A stretch of DNA of 64,000 nt from Glaucostegus cemiculus (lineage: Eukaryota). Both the position numbers and the translations under genes were made by a program. Positions 12,911-26,085 of the stretch are shown piece by piece. Location: the NCBI GenBank assembly GCA_976551045.1, contig CDPCPM010000010.1:23932001-23996000 (forward strand). The letters are read 5' to 3'. The notes under the pieces are model-generated. The model was given only the letters and a program-made list of their open reading frames with translations. It ran no database searches and was not told the DNA's origin. Positions within the stretch are counted from its first letter, which is position 1, and the number at the start of each line of letters is the position of its first letter.

Positions 12911-14315
12911 GTTTGATGCTACCAGAGTCAGGGGTATTTTAGAGCACTCAATATTTATCGCCACCATTACTTTAAGAGAATGTTGTTCCCATCACCTGAA
13001 ATCAAAGTGTAAGCTCACAGCTTGACACCATGACATGTCTGCTGCATTAGGCTACCACCTCCCCTCCAAAAAAGGATTTTTTTTAAGCAACATATTATTG
13101 GCCAAAAAAAAAACACACAAAAGTCCTAGTAGGTTTATAATTGTTTTGTTCTCCAATTCTCTGACTCACACATACAGGTCCCAAACATCTCAGAAAATTG
13201 CGACCATTGGTTAAAATAAAACCGCAAATTTACTTGCAAAGCATATTGCCGAGATGGTAAAAGAATTGACATCACCAGAAGTACCACTAGTTTGGTTTTC
13301 CCCAGATAGGAAAAGGAGGAAGCTAAATGATGACTTTGACATAAGGGTCATAACTTAAACTGAAATGGCTCCAAGTGCATTTTGGAATCTCCATCACTGT
13401 GAACACCACCAAAACCTGGGCAAAACTCAGATCTACAAAATCACAAATAATAACAATTGGAATTTATCCATGAACAGCATATTGATGTCACATTGACTTG
13501 GTAAAATACCTCAGTCTCCTCCAAAGCAAAACTCACAATCTGAGTCAAACAGATATGAATTCATAATCTTAAATAATAAAAATGGAATTGCGAAATGAAC
13601 ATAGAAATGTCTTACAGGATGAAGACAAGTACAACTCAGGTGGAAAGGGAAAGTCTGGATCTGTTTCACCAGTTTGCTGTACAAATTTTGACAAATATCA
13701 TTAATACAAAATCTATATGTGCTGCCACTGTCTAATCTTAGTTTCACAGGAATTGAGAGATTATTCCCTGTAATGTGATTAGAATGAGGGTGGGGGGTGG
13801 CAGGGTGTGAAGAGCAATAAATGAGAAACACAGCACTAGCCTGCAATATCACCAGTACTGGTGACGAAGTGTCAACGATGCGGAAGGGGGGTGTGACTTA
13901 CTATAATGGGGGTCATGAGTGGATGCACAAAATAAGCAATAAACAACATGATAATACAGACATACTGCACATTACCCTGTCAGTTGGATCTGGGCGAAAC
14001 TGCTAACTACCCACAAAACCTTATAAAAGTTTCCATCACAAATACAATCTGTAAACTATTTAAAGAAAACTACACATTGAAGATTTCACATCATACAACA
14101 TGATAACAAGAACCCTTTAGCCAAGGAAAAACTGATCTTTGGTACAATACTTTAAAAACAGAAAATCCCAGAAATACTCAGAAATACCCATGGAATAAGC
14201 ATTCTGGACAAATAAGCTTTCATTACAATTTGAGGTTAACTCTGTTTCTCTCTCTATAGGTACTTTATTCTCATTTTTCTTGCATTTGCAGTGTTTTGCA
14301 TTAGATTGCTGGTAC

Positions 14316-14502
14316 CTTGCTGTCCAGTTTTTTCATTGTGACTAAATCCAATGATTTAAGGCAATGGCCAGTGGGAGCGATGAAGTAAAGGCAGACATGA
14401 ATTCTTGAATCATGAAAATCATGCAGTGAACGCCTGATCTTCAGTTCTTCCTGCAGGTAATTCTCAAACTGTGCATCAATGTAGTCAACAACTGGTTTAT
14501 AG
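14316..14502 (-). CDS. SEPTIN8: Septin-8 exon 4 (187 nt)
   Basis: cttttatccttcag| acceptor and AAG|GTACCA donor; encodes [62 protein letters not shown]. Confidence 0.96.
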
Positions 14503-14806
14503 CTGAAGGATAAAAGCAGAACAATCTCTTACAATGCCCATGAATTACTTCTACTCAGAAATAAGAAAAAACATTTTGCAATCTCTATGTTTATGAAAGA
14601 TTGAATCTATGCTATTCAATCGAAGGTAATTGATCTATTGTGCAACATCCCAAATTTCTTCAAAAGTCAACACCTCAATATCTTCCATAGAATTACAGGT
14701 TGTATTAATCAGTATTCTAGTACAATACAAATATTGCTTTTAATATTTTACAACACTAAGTTGTATTCTTCTCAGTTGCATCTTTCATCATTCTTACTTG
14801 ACATAT

Positions 14807-15058
14807 TTTAAATTTAAATTTAATTTACAACGTGGTAACAGGCCCTTTCGGCCCTCCGAGTCCACGCCGCCCATTTTTAACCCCCAAATTAGCCTACCGG
14901 TATGTCTTTTAGAATGTCGGAGGAAACCGGAGCACCCGGAGGAAACCCACGCAGACACGGGAGAACGTACAAACTCCTTACAGACAGCGACGGGAATCGA
15001 ACCCCGATTGCTGGCGCTGTAACAGCGTCGCGCTAACCGCTACGCTATCGTGCCGCCC
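14807..15058 (-). mobile_element. V-SINE (HE1-like), full length, CR1-type tail
   Basis: tRNA-derived head with A box TAGCGTAGCGG and B box GGTTCGATTCC, V-domain GGAGTTTGTACGTTCTCCCGTGTCTGCGTGGGTTTCCTCCGGGTGCTCCGGTTTCCTCC, and tail gggccgaaagggcctgttaccacgttgtaaa(TTTAAA)n. Confidence 0.92.
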
Positions 15059-16189
15059 ACATCATGTAAATAAAGCTGAAGATTGTGCTGATGCATTAAT
15101 GGTTCTCAAAATCAAGGTTTATTAGTTTATAAATGAAATTTATATGAAGTTTCTTTTTTTTAAATAGTCTTCATTCTGAGAGTATTTGCTTCCAATATTC
15201 ATAATATGAAGCACAGGAGTTCAAAATGCAACTTGGGAAAAAATAATATATTCTTTATAAACCAAATTTTTGACAAGGCAGTACCAATTTTATTTAGTGC
15301 ACTGTCTGGCCACACAAGCTAGGAAAATTCCATGTTATCATTACGCTGTTATTGCTAAGCGCTGTAATCAGAGGCGCTTCAATTGATTCATCATTCTAGG
15401 TTTATGATGCTAAACACACTCACAGTTGCTCATCCCAGCCACAAAACACTGAACATCATAAGTCAAAGTCAAGTTTATTGTCATATCTACAAGTACTTGT
15501 ATGCACAGATGCAATTAAAAAGTTTACTTGCAGCAGCACAGGCGCATAGCATAAGAAGCATTCACAAGAAAAACAAATTAAACATAAATTAGGTTATGAT
15601 TAGATGGAATTAGAGTGAAATGGTGATTTAACCTAGGGTTAAATAGTTTGTTAACATTCATTGTCAAGGCTCATGTGAGTTATGATCAGGATGAACAACG
15701 TTAACAAGAGCATCTACCACAAGGAACACCTTTTGAAGGGAATGGGAAAAGATGGCAGGAAGTTACTTTTAGGAAGGCAGGGGTTGTGCAGAACAAGGAT
15801 ATTTAGAAGCTGATAGTGCTGCTGCCTCCATCAAATAACTGCAAATCAAACAATACAAGTCTGTTTCAGAGAAACACTCATCTTCAACTTTTAATAACAT
15901 AGATGAATTTTCAACATCCACTTGGTCAGTTAACTTTGAGCCCAGGGTACAAACTATTTCAATAAGAGAAGAGGGACAAAGGGAAAAAGAAAACAGGTCA
16001 ATATGGTCAGCAGAGCATGAATCACCACTGTCAAAATAAAAGGGGAGCAAATTACACACCAACTAAACTAATCAGAAGATGCCAGGGAAAAGGGAGTTTC
16101 CAAAGAGCTTAACAGAACTTGCAACTTGATATGTCAAAAACAAGGATTCCAGATTAATTGTGCATTCTTATTTGAAACAAAAACCTTAC

Positions 16190-16385
16190 CTTTCCTCTTT
16201 ATTAACTTGGTCACCAAATCCCACTGTATTAACGATAGTCAGTTTAAGATCCACATTGGTCTCCTTCAAGCAGTAACTTTGTGGCTTTAAACGTACACCT
16301 GGTTCATAGTGGGTGGCCTCATCACTTTCAAACATTGTATTGAACAACGTGTTCATTAATGTCGATTTACCTATACCCGTTTCCC
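16190..16385 (-). CDS. SEPTIN8: Septin-8 exon 3 (196 nt; P-loop and G3 region)
   Basis: ttcataccgtag| acceptor and AG|GTAAGG donor; encodes [65 protein letters not shown](S). Confidence 0.96.
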
Positions 16386-18461
16386 CTACGGTATGAAGAA
16401 AGTAAAACAGTCAGACGTTTGAAAACAATAGAATAGATTTGCTGGGTGGTAGGGTAAATGTGCGAGAAGCAGGGGAACTGGAACTAATTTTATACTGAGG
16501 TGATGAGGTCTTTCATCACAGTGCCAGCTTGACTACACTATCAATCCTTTCGTACCTGGCCATAAGCCAGCACCACACTCCCAATTGTAGATGATTCAGA
16601 TACAGAGAGACAGGGCCATGGCAAACAAGAATCACATCTCACCATACTGTGATGCAGCACATTGATATACTTAGCACTGAGCAACAGAGGCCCACTTTGT
16701 CATCAACATTCTATCTCAATGAACAGTACTGTATGATTAATGCAATACATTTTAATTCTTTAAAATCAATCTCTTATGCTTGTGGATCAAGTGACTATTT
16801 TTGGCTGGGATAAATGAATGTAATTGAAACGGATAAATTTATCACAGGGTGTAACCTTAGTCAAAAATCTGACCTTTCATTTTCAATTAAACTACAAACC
16901 ACAGATAAAGTAAAAGCAATAACACTGAGTTTTTCAGGGACGGGATGAACAATTAGCTGTGGTCCCTTGTGCGAATCAGTAACCACCAGTTAGTGCTCAA
17001 AAGTGGAAAAAAAAATGCAGGTAAAGTTGCACTAGTTGACCAAGGAACACATTCACAAGAATTTCACAACACATGATAAACTGCACTAGAAGGAAATCCC
17101 AAAGCTTCCTTCATTAATATTTTACCATGAAGCACTGTGCCAGATCAGGCTAGGAACTCCGAATACAACCACTGATTGGTTGACATTCAAGCAGTGACAC
17201 TGGGACTTCAAAAATGGAACACTGTCAGTTTGTCCTATTGCCCTGTCTCACCGAGAATTCACAGCATTATGCTCAATGGTGCGGTTTGGAGAAAATAACT
17301 TGATGCTGGATTCAAGACCTCAATGATTTCAGTATGAATTTTAAGACTGCCTTTAAAGAGTCAAAGCAGAAGTTCCTAATTTTTATTTACAATGTATTTC
17401 CTTCAATTTGTAACTGCTATATTTGTGTGTGTTTTAAATATGTTCAGTGAGCTTTTTAAAACCTTTAATAATTCTAATTTTAGAGTTATTAAAATCACTT
17501 ATTTTAGCAGTTTTTAAAATGCCTCTGAACATGCTCATCAGCTCTATAGCCAGCAACGCTGGTGTGTGGCTTTCCCAGCTGTCAAAGTTTCCAGAGTAGT
17601 TTTAGGGGATGGAGCTTCCTGTATGGAACACCCTGCCACCACATAGTCCATTGGACCAGAGTCAGTGATATTCTGGACTGGAACTTTGTGGCTTCCACAT
17701 CTGGACTGGGTAACTATGGGTGTACAGACACAGACGCCGATTATAAAAATGAAAAATACAGCCCAAGTTTAACAATTTATACTTTAAAGCTTCCCATTTT
17801 AAAACCAATTGAGGACTCCAAGCGTGTAATGAGATTATATTAACTCTGTGAAAGCAAGAACATTAATTTAAACACTCAAAACATTGAATCTAATTAAAGG
17901 CACCAGGCACAGTTTAACTCTTAATGGATAACCAAAACTGTTAAGGACAATTTACAATTACATTGCCCACACACATTCACATAAGTATATAGAATAATAT
18001 TAAAGGACAGTACCTCAAAATACATTGCATCATAAATTGCTTTTCTGCTGTTAATGGTGAAAACTGATGCTTGGCTACAATTTCATACCCACTTGTCATC
18101 CTATAGTACTTCACCCAAGTCCTCACATGCAATCAAGAGTGACAGAACACTATTAAGTTCTTATTAGTAATTAGTTATTTATTATCTGCAGTTTCATTAT
18201 GGGTCATTAGAGTATAATTAGTAACAGGGGCTCGAAGTCTGGCCAAATCTACTGTCGTGATATTGCTGACATTAATTAACTCAAACCAAACCAAGATAAC
18301 CACCCAATGCATGTTAAGCCATTCAATCAACAGACATGTCAAAACTTACATCATAACAAAAATGGAATTATTTCAACTGAATGAAATGTAATAGGCTACG
18401 GCAGTCACGAGGTACACAGGACCGCCACATACAAGAGTTTTAATGCATCAAATATACCTAC

Positions 18462-18576
18462 CCACACAAAGAATGTTGAAACAGAAGCCTTGTGATACAG
18501 ATTTGCTGACTAATTGATCAGGAAGGCTGTCAAAACCGACATGACCACTAAGGCTAAGGTTCCGCTTCTCTGCAAC
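18462..18576 (-). CDS. SEPTIN8: Septin-8 exon 2 (115 nt)
   Basis: ttctcttttaaaaccag| acceptor and G|GTAGGT donor; encodes [38 protein letters not shown](G). Confidence 0.95.
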
Positions 18577-20155
18577 CTGGTTTTAAAAGAGAAGAACATG
18601 ATACAGATCATAACATAGAACAAATAACCTTTTTTAAAAAAAATTGTGCATCCAGAGAAAAATCATCTACACTAGATGGCAAGGGATGGAAATAACTATG
18701 CACTTTTCCAGAATCAATGCCCACTACCCACCCACTCAATCCCAAGTCTTGGAGAATCCCTTGAGGGTTATCTGCTCTTTTTATTTCTTTCTTAACAATT
18801 ACATTCTCTCTACCGCGAAGCATCATTTCCATTTTGGTGCCACCACAAGAGATGAGATTTCCTATCCGTCAAGTCTGGAATAAAGATGAGCAATTACCAA
18901 CAATTCAACTAGGACAGAAAAGGTTAATAACTTCAGTTTTAAAATGTTGTGATACGTTATCAGCCATGTTACTGTTGTGTTCGTGTCAATATCTACACAG
19001 GAACAACAATTTCTTACCACAGTCTGGAGCTTATCACTATACAGTGAATCTTACTCAAGTTTCACTGGGCAGCTGGTACTAAGTACCAACGGCCATCGGA
19101 GTTTCCATTAAAAATTCATCCAAATTCCACAGAAAAGTTAACTGCTCACCCAGTGTAGAAGGAATGAGATGTAAAATTAAACACAAATGATATGTAACAA
19201 AGGTAACAGACCATGAAATTAAAAATCCAACATCATTAGAGTATCAAACAATAAAAGGATTTAAAATTGTGAACTATAGATACATCTGAATCAAACTTAT
19301 ATAATGAATGTTACATAAAATGTTATCAAATGTAAACAACATAGTAAATATGGAGGTGGATTTTTAATGAGAACAACACGTAATTCATTGCAACATTGTT
19401 TTGGTAGAAGCTTACACATAATCTGCTTTACCTTTACATGTTATAGCACTGTCCATGCCATCACTTAAGAGGACAGGCTAATTGCAAACTCACTGAAGTC
19501 CAGTATTTCCCTTTTTTGTTTTATATAATTTGGGCTGCTGGTCAACAAGACAAATTACCTGGAAACACACAAATCCTTGCAGAAACATGGCTTTAACAGT
19601 ATTGAAATTTTACAATATTATTTATAGTCATTTGTCAGAATACTCCAGGCAATAGAACTAATTAGTGCTCAAAACTAGCCAACGACATGAATTTTTAATT
19701 AATTTAAAAAGGTTCACCAAGATCATTTGAAATAGGGAATTTGTAACATCTCAAGAGGAGCATTAGCTTTAATTGTTAACTTCTAGTGAAAACTACAGCA
19801 GGTAGCAAAATGGTATTACTACATTGAAGCAAAACAAATTTGGGCAATCAACCATAGGCTGACTGAAATAGGGGTTTATAATTGTTATTGCTAGCACTTA
19901 CTTTATGCCTGCTGGTATTTTTGGATGCACTAAACATATTTGTGGCCCTTTCCTGTCAAATCAGATGGTTTACTATGTAAAATCTAGAGTCAAGACTGTC
20001 AAGTTTCCTTGGTAGCAGGCTGACAACACAGAACTGTGCCAGCTGGAAACTACCAACAGGGAAAGAGAAGCAAGCAATCTTTACTGATGTCTCTACATCC
20101 ATGACAGCAATCTGGTTAGGCCTGAGAGGATGCAGTGTGCAGCAGCATGAAGAGA

Positions 20156-20373
20156 TTTAAATTTAAATTTATTTACAACGTGGTAACGGGCCCTTTCAGC
20201 CCAACGAGTCCGTGCCACCCATTTTAAACCCCCAAATTAACCTACCCGTACGTCTTTTAGAATGTGGGAGGAAACCAGAGCACCCGGAGGAAACCCACGC
20301 AGACACGGGAGAACGTACAAACTCCTTACAGACAGCGACAGGAATCGAACCCTGATCGCTGGCGCTGTAACAG
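20156..20373 (-). mobile_element. V-SINE, same subfamily as the 14807 copy, 5'-truncated
   Basis: V-domain, B box and tail nearly identical to the 14807 copy. Confidence 0.9.
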
Positions 20374-21269
20374 CTTGGGATTTTGTTTCTAGTCCCTTTG
20401 ACAAATATCTGGAAGCTAGCTAATTTTATAATTATTGAAAGCAGCAAAATTGCTCAAGTTAAGCCTGTAGAGTTGAGCTGATGGGCTTTGCAGAGTCTGC
20501 AATATCATTGAAAAAAGTGATGTGCGTCTAAGGATCGATTTTTGATAATGATAGTCATTATGTTATTTGTTTGTAATTCTGCAAATGAATTGTACAGAAT
20601 TGATCTAGTTAATGTAAAGTAAATTGATTCTTTAGTTTGTAGTATGCATCTCAGTCTGATGAGTATATAGCAGAAAACCGAAAAATTATTTATGAACCAA
20701 AATACAAACAAGGGTCTGCGTTTGACTAGCTAGTCGTCAAGTCAGGTTACACTTGTTAACATTAGAGAGTTAAGTCACTTACAGAAATAGTTCAATCTAC
20801 TTCTCTAAATTATTCATTTATGCCCAAATGACCACCTGCTTGGTGAAAAACTGGTCACTAAAAGTGTTCAGCCTTAGATAAGGTGGCACATGTAGGCTCT
20901 GGTACCTGCAGCACAAGAATCAATTCACACTGTGTGGAGAGAGATGGTAGTAAAAGGGAAATGGCCAGGTATGAACTTAAAAGTGGCTAGAATTAAGGCA
21001 AAAAATTAGGAGACTGATATCTGAACAGTGGGACTACTAAATGATATAAAATATTTTTGAAGACTACAACAGTGATGTTCTTCCCAATCCAGTAGGTATC
21101 ATTGGCAAGCTAACCATATTCAAAACTGAATGTTGTTTTTCTTAGCATAGAAACAGCAGTTTTAATGGTGCATTGTGTACAATTTAAACAATGGTTATTT
21201 CAAGCCTAGTGACTAAAACATCACAAAAGCTTCCCTTACATAGCCTGGTACAACAGAACACAATAAATG

Positions 21270-21390
21270 AAAAGCAATGTCCTGCAGATGTTGGAAATCT
21301 GAAATAAAAACAAAAAATGCTGGAAAATAGCATCAGTGCAGAGAGAAACACAGTTAATGCTTCAGTTCAATGACCTCTCTTCAGAACAAG
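21270..21390 (-). repeat. Penelope-pLTR-derived repeat
   Basis: The minus strand reads ctgaagagaggtcattgaactgaagcattaactg...tcagatttccaacatctgcag. Confidence 0.6.
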
Positions 21391-21779
21391 GAAAAAAGTT
21401 AGAAAATCAAATATGAAAATAAAAGGGATGTCTGTGACAGGACATTGAATGTTATAAATTTTAAGAGAGCCGGGAAGCCTTGTTAATCAACTGAAATTGT
21501 AGAGGAGAAGTAGATGAATGAGGACAAAGGAGAGAAAAAGAAAACAGAAACAAAACTATGGTGGAATTTTAGTTTATACAACAGAGCATTTGCAAGAAAT
21601 TTTAAATAAATGAGGATGGTGGCTAGTTCTGACACAAAAGTAAAGGGTTGGTTATCTGAAGTTGTTGAATTCAACGTTCATTCCCAAGGCCTATATCATG
21701 TCTGGTCACCAGATATGTTACATCTCAGGGTTACACTGAGTTTCACTGGAAGACTGTGAGAGGTTAAAGAGCAAAAATA

Positions 21780-22470
21780 TTCAAATACTCTGGTTCCACT
21801 ACCTATTACGGAAGAGTTCTAAAGACCCTCAGACAAAATATTGAGCCTCATCTGTCCTTAATGAGCAGCCACTTATTGTTAAGTCAATGATCCCTAGCTC
21901 TAGATTCTCTCACAAGAGGAAACATCCTCTCCACAGTCTCCTGATCATGACCCCCTCAGGATCCTGAATGTTTCAATTAAGTCCCCTCTCACTCATCGAA
22001 ACTCCAACCAACACAAGCCTAACTTGTACAAAATTTCCTCACAACACAAGCTGCTTACTAATGTCATAAATTCTCTAAACACATTAAAATCCTTCCTTAA
22101 ATAAAGGAGGCCAATACTGTATAGAGTTCTCCAGATGTGGTCTCATTTGCACTTTATATAGTTGAAGTGTAACCTCACTACTTTTGTATTCAATTCCCCT
22201 TCAAAATGCAATAACATTCTTTTGGCTTTCCTAGTTACTTGCTATACCTGTGTACCAGCCTTTTGTAAATCATGTACTGGGACACTCAGTGTTCTCTCAA
22301 CAGTTAGATGAAAAGCTTTTTTCATTTTCCTGCCAAAATGGATAATTTCACATTTTTCTACTCCATACATCATTGTCAGATTTTTGCCCACTCACTTCAA
22401 TTATCTATATCCCACTGTGACCTCCTTGTGTCCTCTTCAAAACTTGTCTTCTTACCCATCTCTCTCATTC
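21780..22470 (-). mobile_element. Old CR1 3' fragment
   Basis: Reverse complement of CR1 C-terminal motifs (ctggagaactctatacagtattggcctcc, gagtgagaggggacttaattgaaaca); heavily diverged. Confidence 0.6.
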
Positions 22471-22474
22471 TTCA

Positions 22475-23400
22475 TTGAAAATACCGGCAGATGACACTAA
22501 GGTTGGTGGTGTTGTGGATAGTGTAGAAGGTTGCTGTAGGTTACAAAAGGACATTGACAGAATGCAGAGCTGGGCTGAGAAGTGGCAGATGGAGTTCAAC
22601 CTGGAAAAGTGTGAAATGATATACCTTGAAAGATTGAATTTGAAGGCAGATTACAAGGTTAATGGCAGGACTCTTTGCAGTGTGGAGGAAGAGAGGGATC
22701 TTGGGGTCCACATCCATAGATCCCTCAAGGCTGCCGCGCAGATCAATAGGGTTGTTAAGGAGGTGTATGGTGTGTTGGCCTTCATTAGTTGAGATATTGA
22801 GTTCAAGTGCTGCCAGGTATTGTTGCAGCTCTACAAAACTCTGGTTAGACCACACTTGGAATATTGTGTTCGGTTCTGGTCGCCTCATTATAAGGATGTG
22901 GAAATTTTAGACAAGGTTCAGAGGAGATTTACCAGGATGCTGCATGGAATGGAGAGCATGTCTTATGAGGATAGGTTGAGTGAGCTAGGGCTTTTCTCTT
23001 TGAAGCAAAGGAGGATGAGAGGTGACTTGATAGAGGTGTACAAGATGATAAGATGCATAGATCGAGTGGACAGTCAGAGACATTTTCTCCCCCAAGAGTG
23101 AAAATGGCTAACATGAAGGGGCTTAATTTTAAGGTGATTTGAGGAAGGGATAAGGGAGATGTCATAGGCAAGTTTTGTTTTTAAACACAGAGAGTGGTGG
23201 GTGTGTGGAATGCACTGCCGACACAGTATATGGAGGCAGATACATTAGGGACATTTAAGAGACTCTTAGACAGCCACATGAATGATAGAAAAATGGAGAG
23301 CTATGTGGGAGGAAAGGGACAGATAGATCTTAGAGCAGGATAAAATGTTAGCACAACATTGTGGGCTGAAGGGCCTGTACTGTGCTGTAATGTTCTATGA
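22475..23400 (+). mobile_element. CR1 LINE 3' part
   Basis: ADDTKVGGVVDS...WAEKWQMEFN and LYKTLVRPHLEYCVRFWSPHY; tail gggctgaagggcctgtactgtgctgtaatgttctatg. Confidence 0.92.
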
Positions 23401-23419
23401 AGCTTACAAAGTCCTTACG

Positions 23420-24450
23420 TGCTCAAGAAGTAGAATAGAGGGAGGACATTTTGTTTGGCTTAGGAGTCCAGAACCAGTGGTCACCTAAGGATAAGGAATG
23501 GGCCATTTAGGACTGAGATGAGAAGAGATTTCTTCATGTAAAGGGTGGTTTAGCTTTGGAATCCTCAGGAGTGCTGTGGAATCAATGAGTTCATTCAAGA
23601 TAGAGATGGATAGTTATCCGGATATTTTGGGGAAATAGAGGGATACAGGGATGGTACAGAAATATGGCACTGAGGTAGATCATTTGCCATAATTCTGATG
23701 AATGGTGAAGTAGGTGTGAAGGGCCCTATGTCACATTCATGCTCCTAGCTCTTGCGTTAGCCTTTTGAGTCACCAGCAAATTTGGCACCATTCCTTATTT
23801 GGTGCCTTCATCCAAGTCATTGACATAAATTGGAAAAAGTTGGGGTCCCAGCACCAGTTTCTGTGGCACACTATACATTACATCATGTCTACCAGAAAAA
23901 GACCCATTACTATAATTATGTAAACCTCAGTCAGTTACCCTCCCAGCTTTTGCTGCTTCAAGAAAAGTAAATCCAGCCTATCCAATCTCTGCTCATAGCT
24001 GAAAGACTCCAACTCAGGTAACATTCTGGTGAAACTGCTCACTTTCCCATGCAATCATATTATTTGGACATGTACACAAAGGTCCCACTGTTCCTCAGTA
24101 CTTCTTATGATCTTATCAGTCACTGTGTATATCCTTGCCCTATCTGTCCTCCCAAAATTTATCAGCTCACATTTCAGGATTAAATTCCATCTGCATTTGC
24201 TCTACCTACCTTACCAACAGTTCTATAGCCAAAAACTACACACCTCGCTATCCACAGCACCAGCAGCCTTCAAATATTGCCTCCAATAAATTGGTAAAAC
24301 ATAATTTTCCTTTCACAAAACCATGCAGACTTTGCCTAATTACCTTGATTTTTTTTTTAAATGCCTTGCCATGTCTCTTATTAAAGCTTCTAATATTTTC
24401 TCTTTGACATTAAGTAAGGTAAATGTCCTGTAGTTTCCCATTTTCTCTCT
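23420..24450. mobile_element. Cluster of decayed CR1 fragments on both strands
   Basis: Plus-strand tail remnant (tttaggactgagatgagaagagatttcttc) to about 23760, then minus-strand RT remnants (ggggtcccagcacc, cctttcacaaaaccatgc). Confidence 0.55.
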
Positions 24451-25825
24451 CCTTCACTTTTTCAAGAAGCCATGGCTAAGAGAGGGATAGGCCAGAGCTG
24501 GGGCGAAAACGAGAGAGAGAGGTTGGAGGTCAGTATAATCTCTTGCAAGTTTCCCAAGACAATTCTCCAGCATAATGCAGGGGATCTCACAAAGTCTAGG
24601 CTTCACTGCTGGACTCCTTGGGGTTCGAGATTTGACATTCTATAACAGCTGCTGGCCAAAAAGGGGTGCAAGCTGCACAACATGTACTCAAACGTAACCA
24701 AATATACTCAATGAACACTACACCCACACCCAAAAACCTGCTTTTGTAATTATTCAACATTGCGAGCACAGATCAAAGGACTGTCGAAAGCAGAAGATGG
24801 GATTTTTATTATGAGGAAATATAAAAATAATAGCAGACTAATGTTTTGTCAGTAACTTGTCCTTAAATCATTCTGAAATATCATTTGAAATGGTTTTCTT
24901 CCTGAACAAAATCTCCATTCTTTTAAATTCTTTAACCAAGGATGTCTTCATTTGGAGTTTTAATCAAAATGTCTGTTTATTTTGCCTGAAACAGAGCTTA
25001 ATTTTATCTGCAATAGCCCCAAGGAAATACTGCTTTACAAAAAAAATACAAATTTCTAACCACAAGGTCCAAAGGACTGTGTACAGACAGCATTACATCA
25101 GTCTTCAAATGAGCACTAGCTTCAGTCTGAACCAAGGCTCAGCTGAGAAAAATGGCGTCTACATACAATTCCTTCCCCAATTTGCAAATTCCTCTCCCAG
25201 TCACCCATCATCCGAACTTGAAAATATAATTACTAAGCTTTCATCACTGACAGGTCAAAATATTGGAGTGTGGAATTGTAACAGTTCAACAAGCTTTCAA
25301 TTTCAAGAATAAAGAAAAACAATACTAAAGCCTTCATTCATAGAACTTTTGTTTAAACAGTAAGATTTGTCTTTTGGGCCATCTAGTTTTTCGTGAAAAC
25401 TTTTCATTCAAAAACAGTGGTTATTATTCAGCATTTGGTTTACAAAACATACTTTATGCACCATAATTTAATTCAACATGGCACATATAAAAGTAACTAG
25501 TCTGTTAGCCCTTGTAGAGCTACCAAAGAATGAATACAAGACAGTGACTCTCCCAGAATGATTCTGTTGTTTTAAAAAAACCATTGCATCACCATCAGAC
25601 CACAAGTCTGCCCATGTGTCAAATCCTGTTTCAGTTTCCTCCAGATGAGTTCAATTGACCAAACTGGCAGCGGTTTAGCTTTATTCAAGCCACTTAATGA
25701 CTTTTAACTTATCCTAACAACTTACACACAATTGTTTGATGCCTGAACCCTGAAGATAAAGTTCTTACTGCTTATACCGCCATTTTAGAGGTGCACAACC
25801 ACTTTATGATTGTGTTATCAAAATG

Positions 25826-26085
25826 GAGACACAAAAGTGTGCAGATGCTAGAATCTGGAGCAACACACAAGATGCTAGAAGAACTCAGCTGGTCAGGAAG
25901 CATCTATGGAGGGAAATGGACCATCAACATTTCAGGACTGTTTTTTTCCCCCCTGGGATAGAGGTGGGATCTGGAAGCAGTAGCCCACTCCAGATGCTGG
26001 GTCCCAACCTGAACCATTGACTATCCATTTCCCTCCATAGATGCTGCCTTACCTGCTGAGTCCTCCAGCATTTGGTGTGTTGCTT
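25826..26085. repeat. Fold-back pLTR-derived palindrome
   Basis: gcaacacacaagatgctagaagaactcagctggtcaggaagcatctatggagggaaatgga is the inverted partner of tccatttccctccatagatgctgccttacctgctgagtcctccagcatttggtgtgttgc. Confidence 0.8.

Noticed and set aside
14310-14315. Weak donor GTACCA after exon 4 suggesting a broken gene
   Set aside because: The GT is intact, AAG precedes it, and exon length and phase fit. The spliced frame is open throughout, so there is no evidence of pseudogenisation.
14990-15058. tRNA-like sequence with A and B boxes
   Set aside because: It is the head of a V-SINE, continuous with the V-domain and LINE tail, and not a tRNA gene.
24857-25312. 151-aa ORF in intron 1
   Set aside because: TTG start, AT-rich low-information translation, and no recognised homology.
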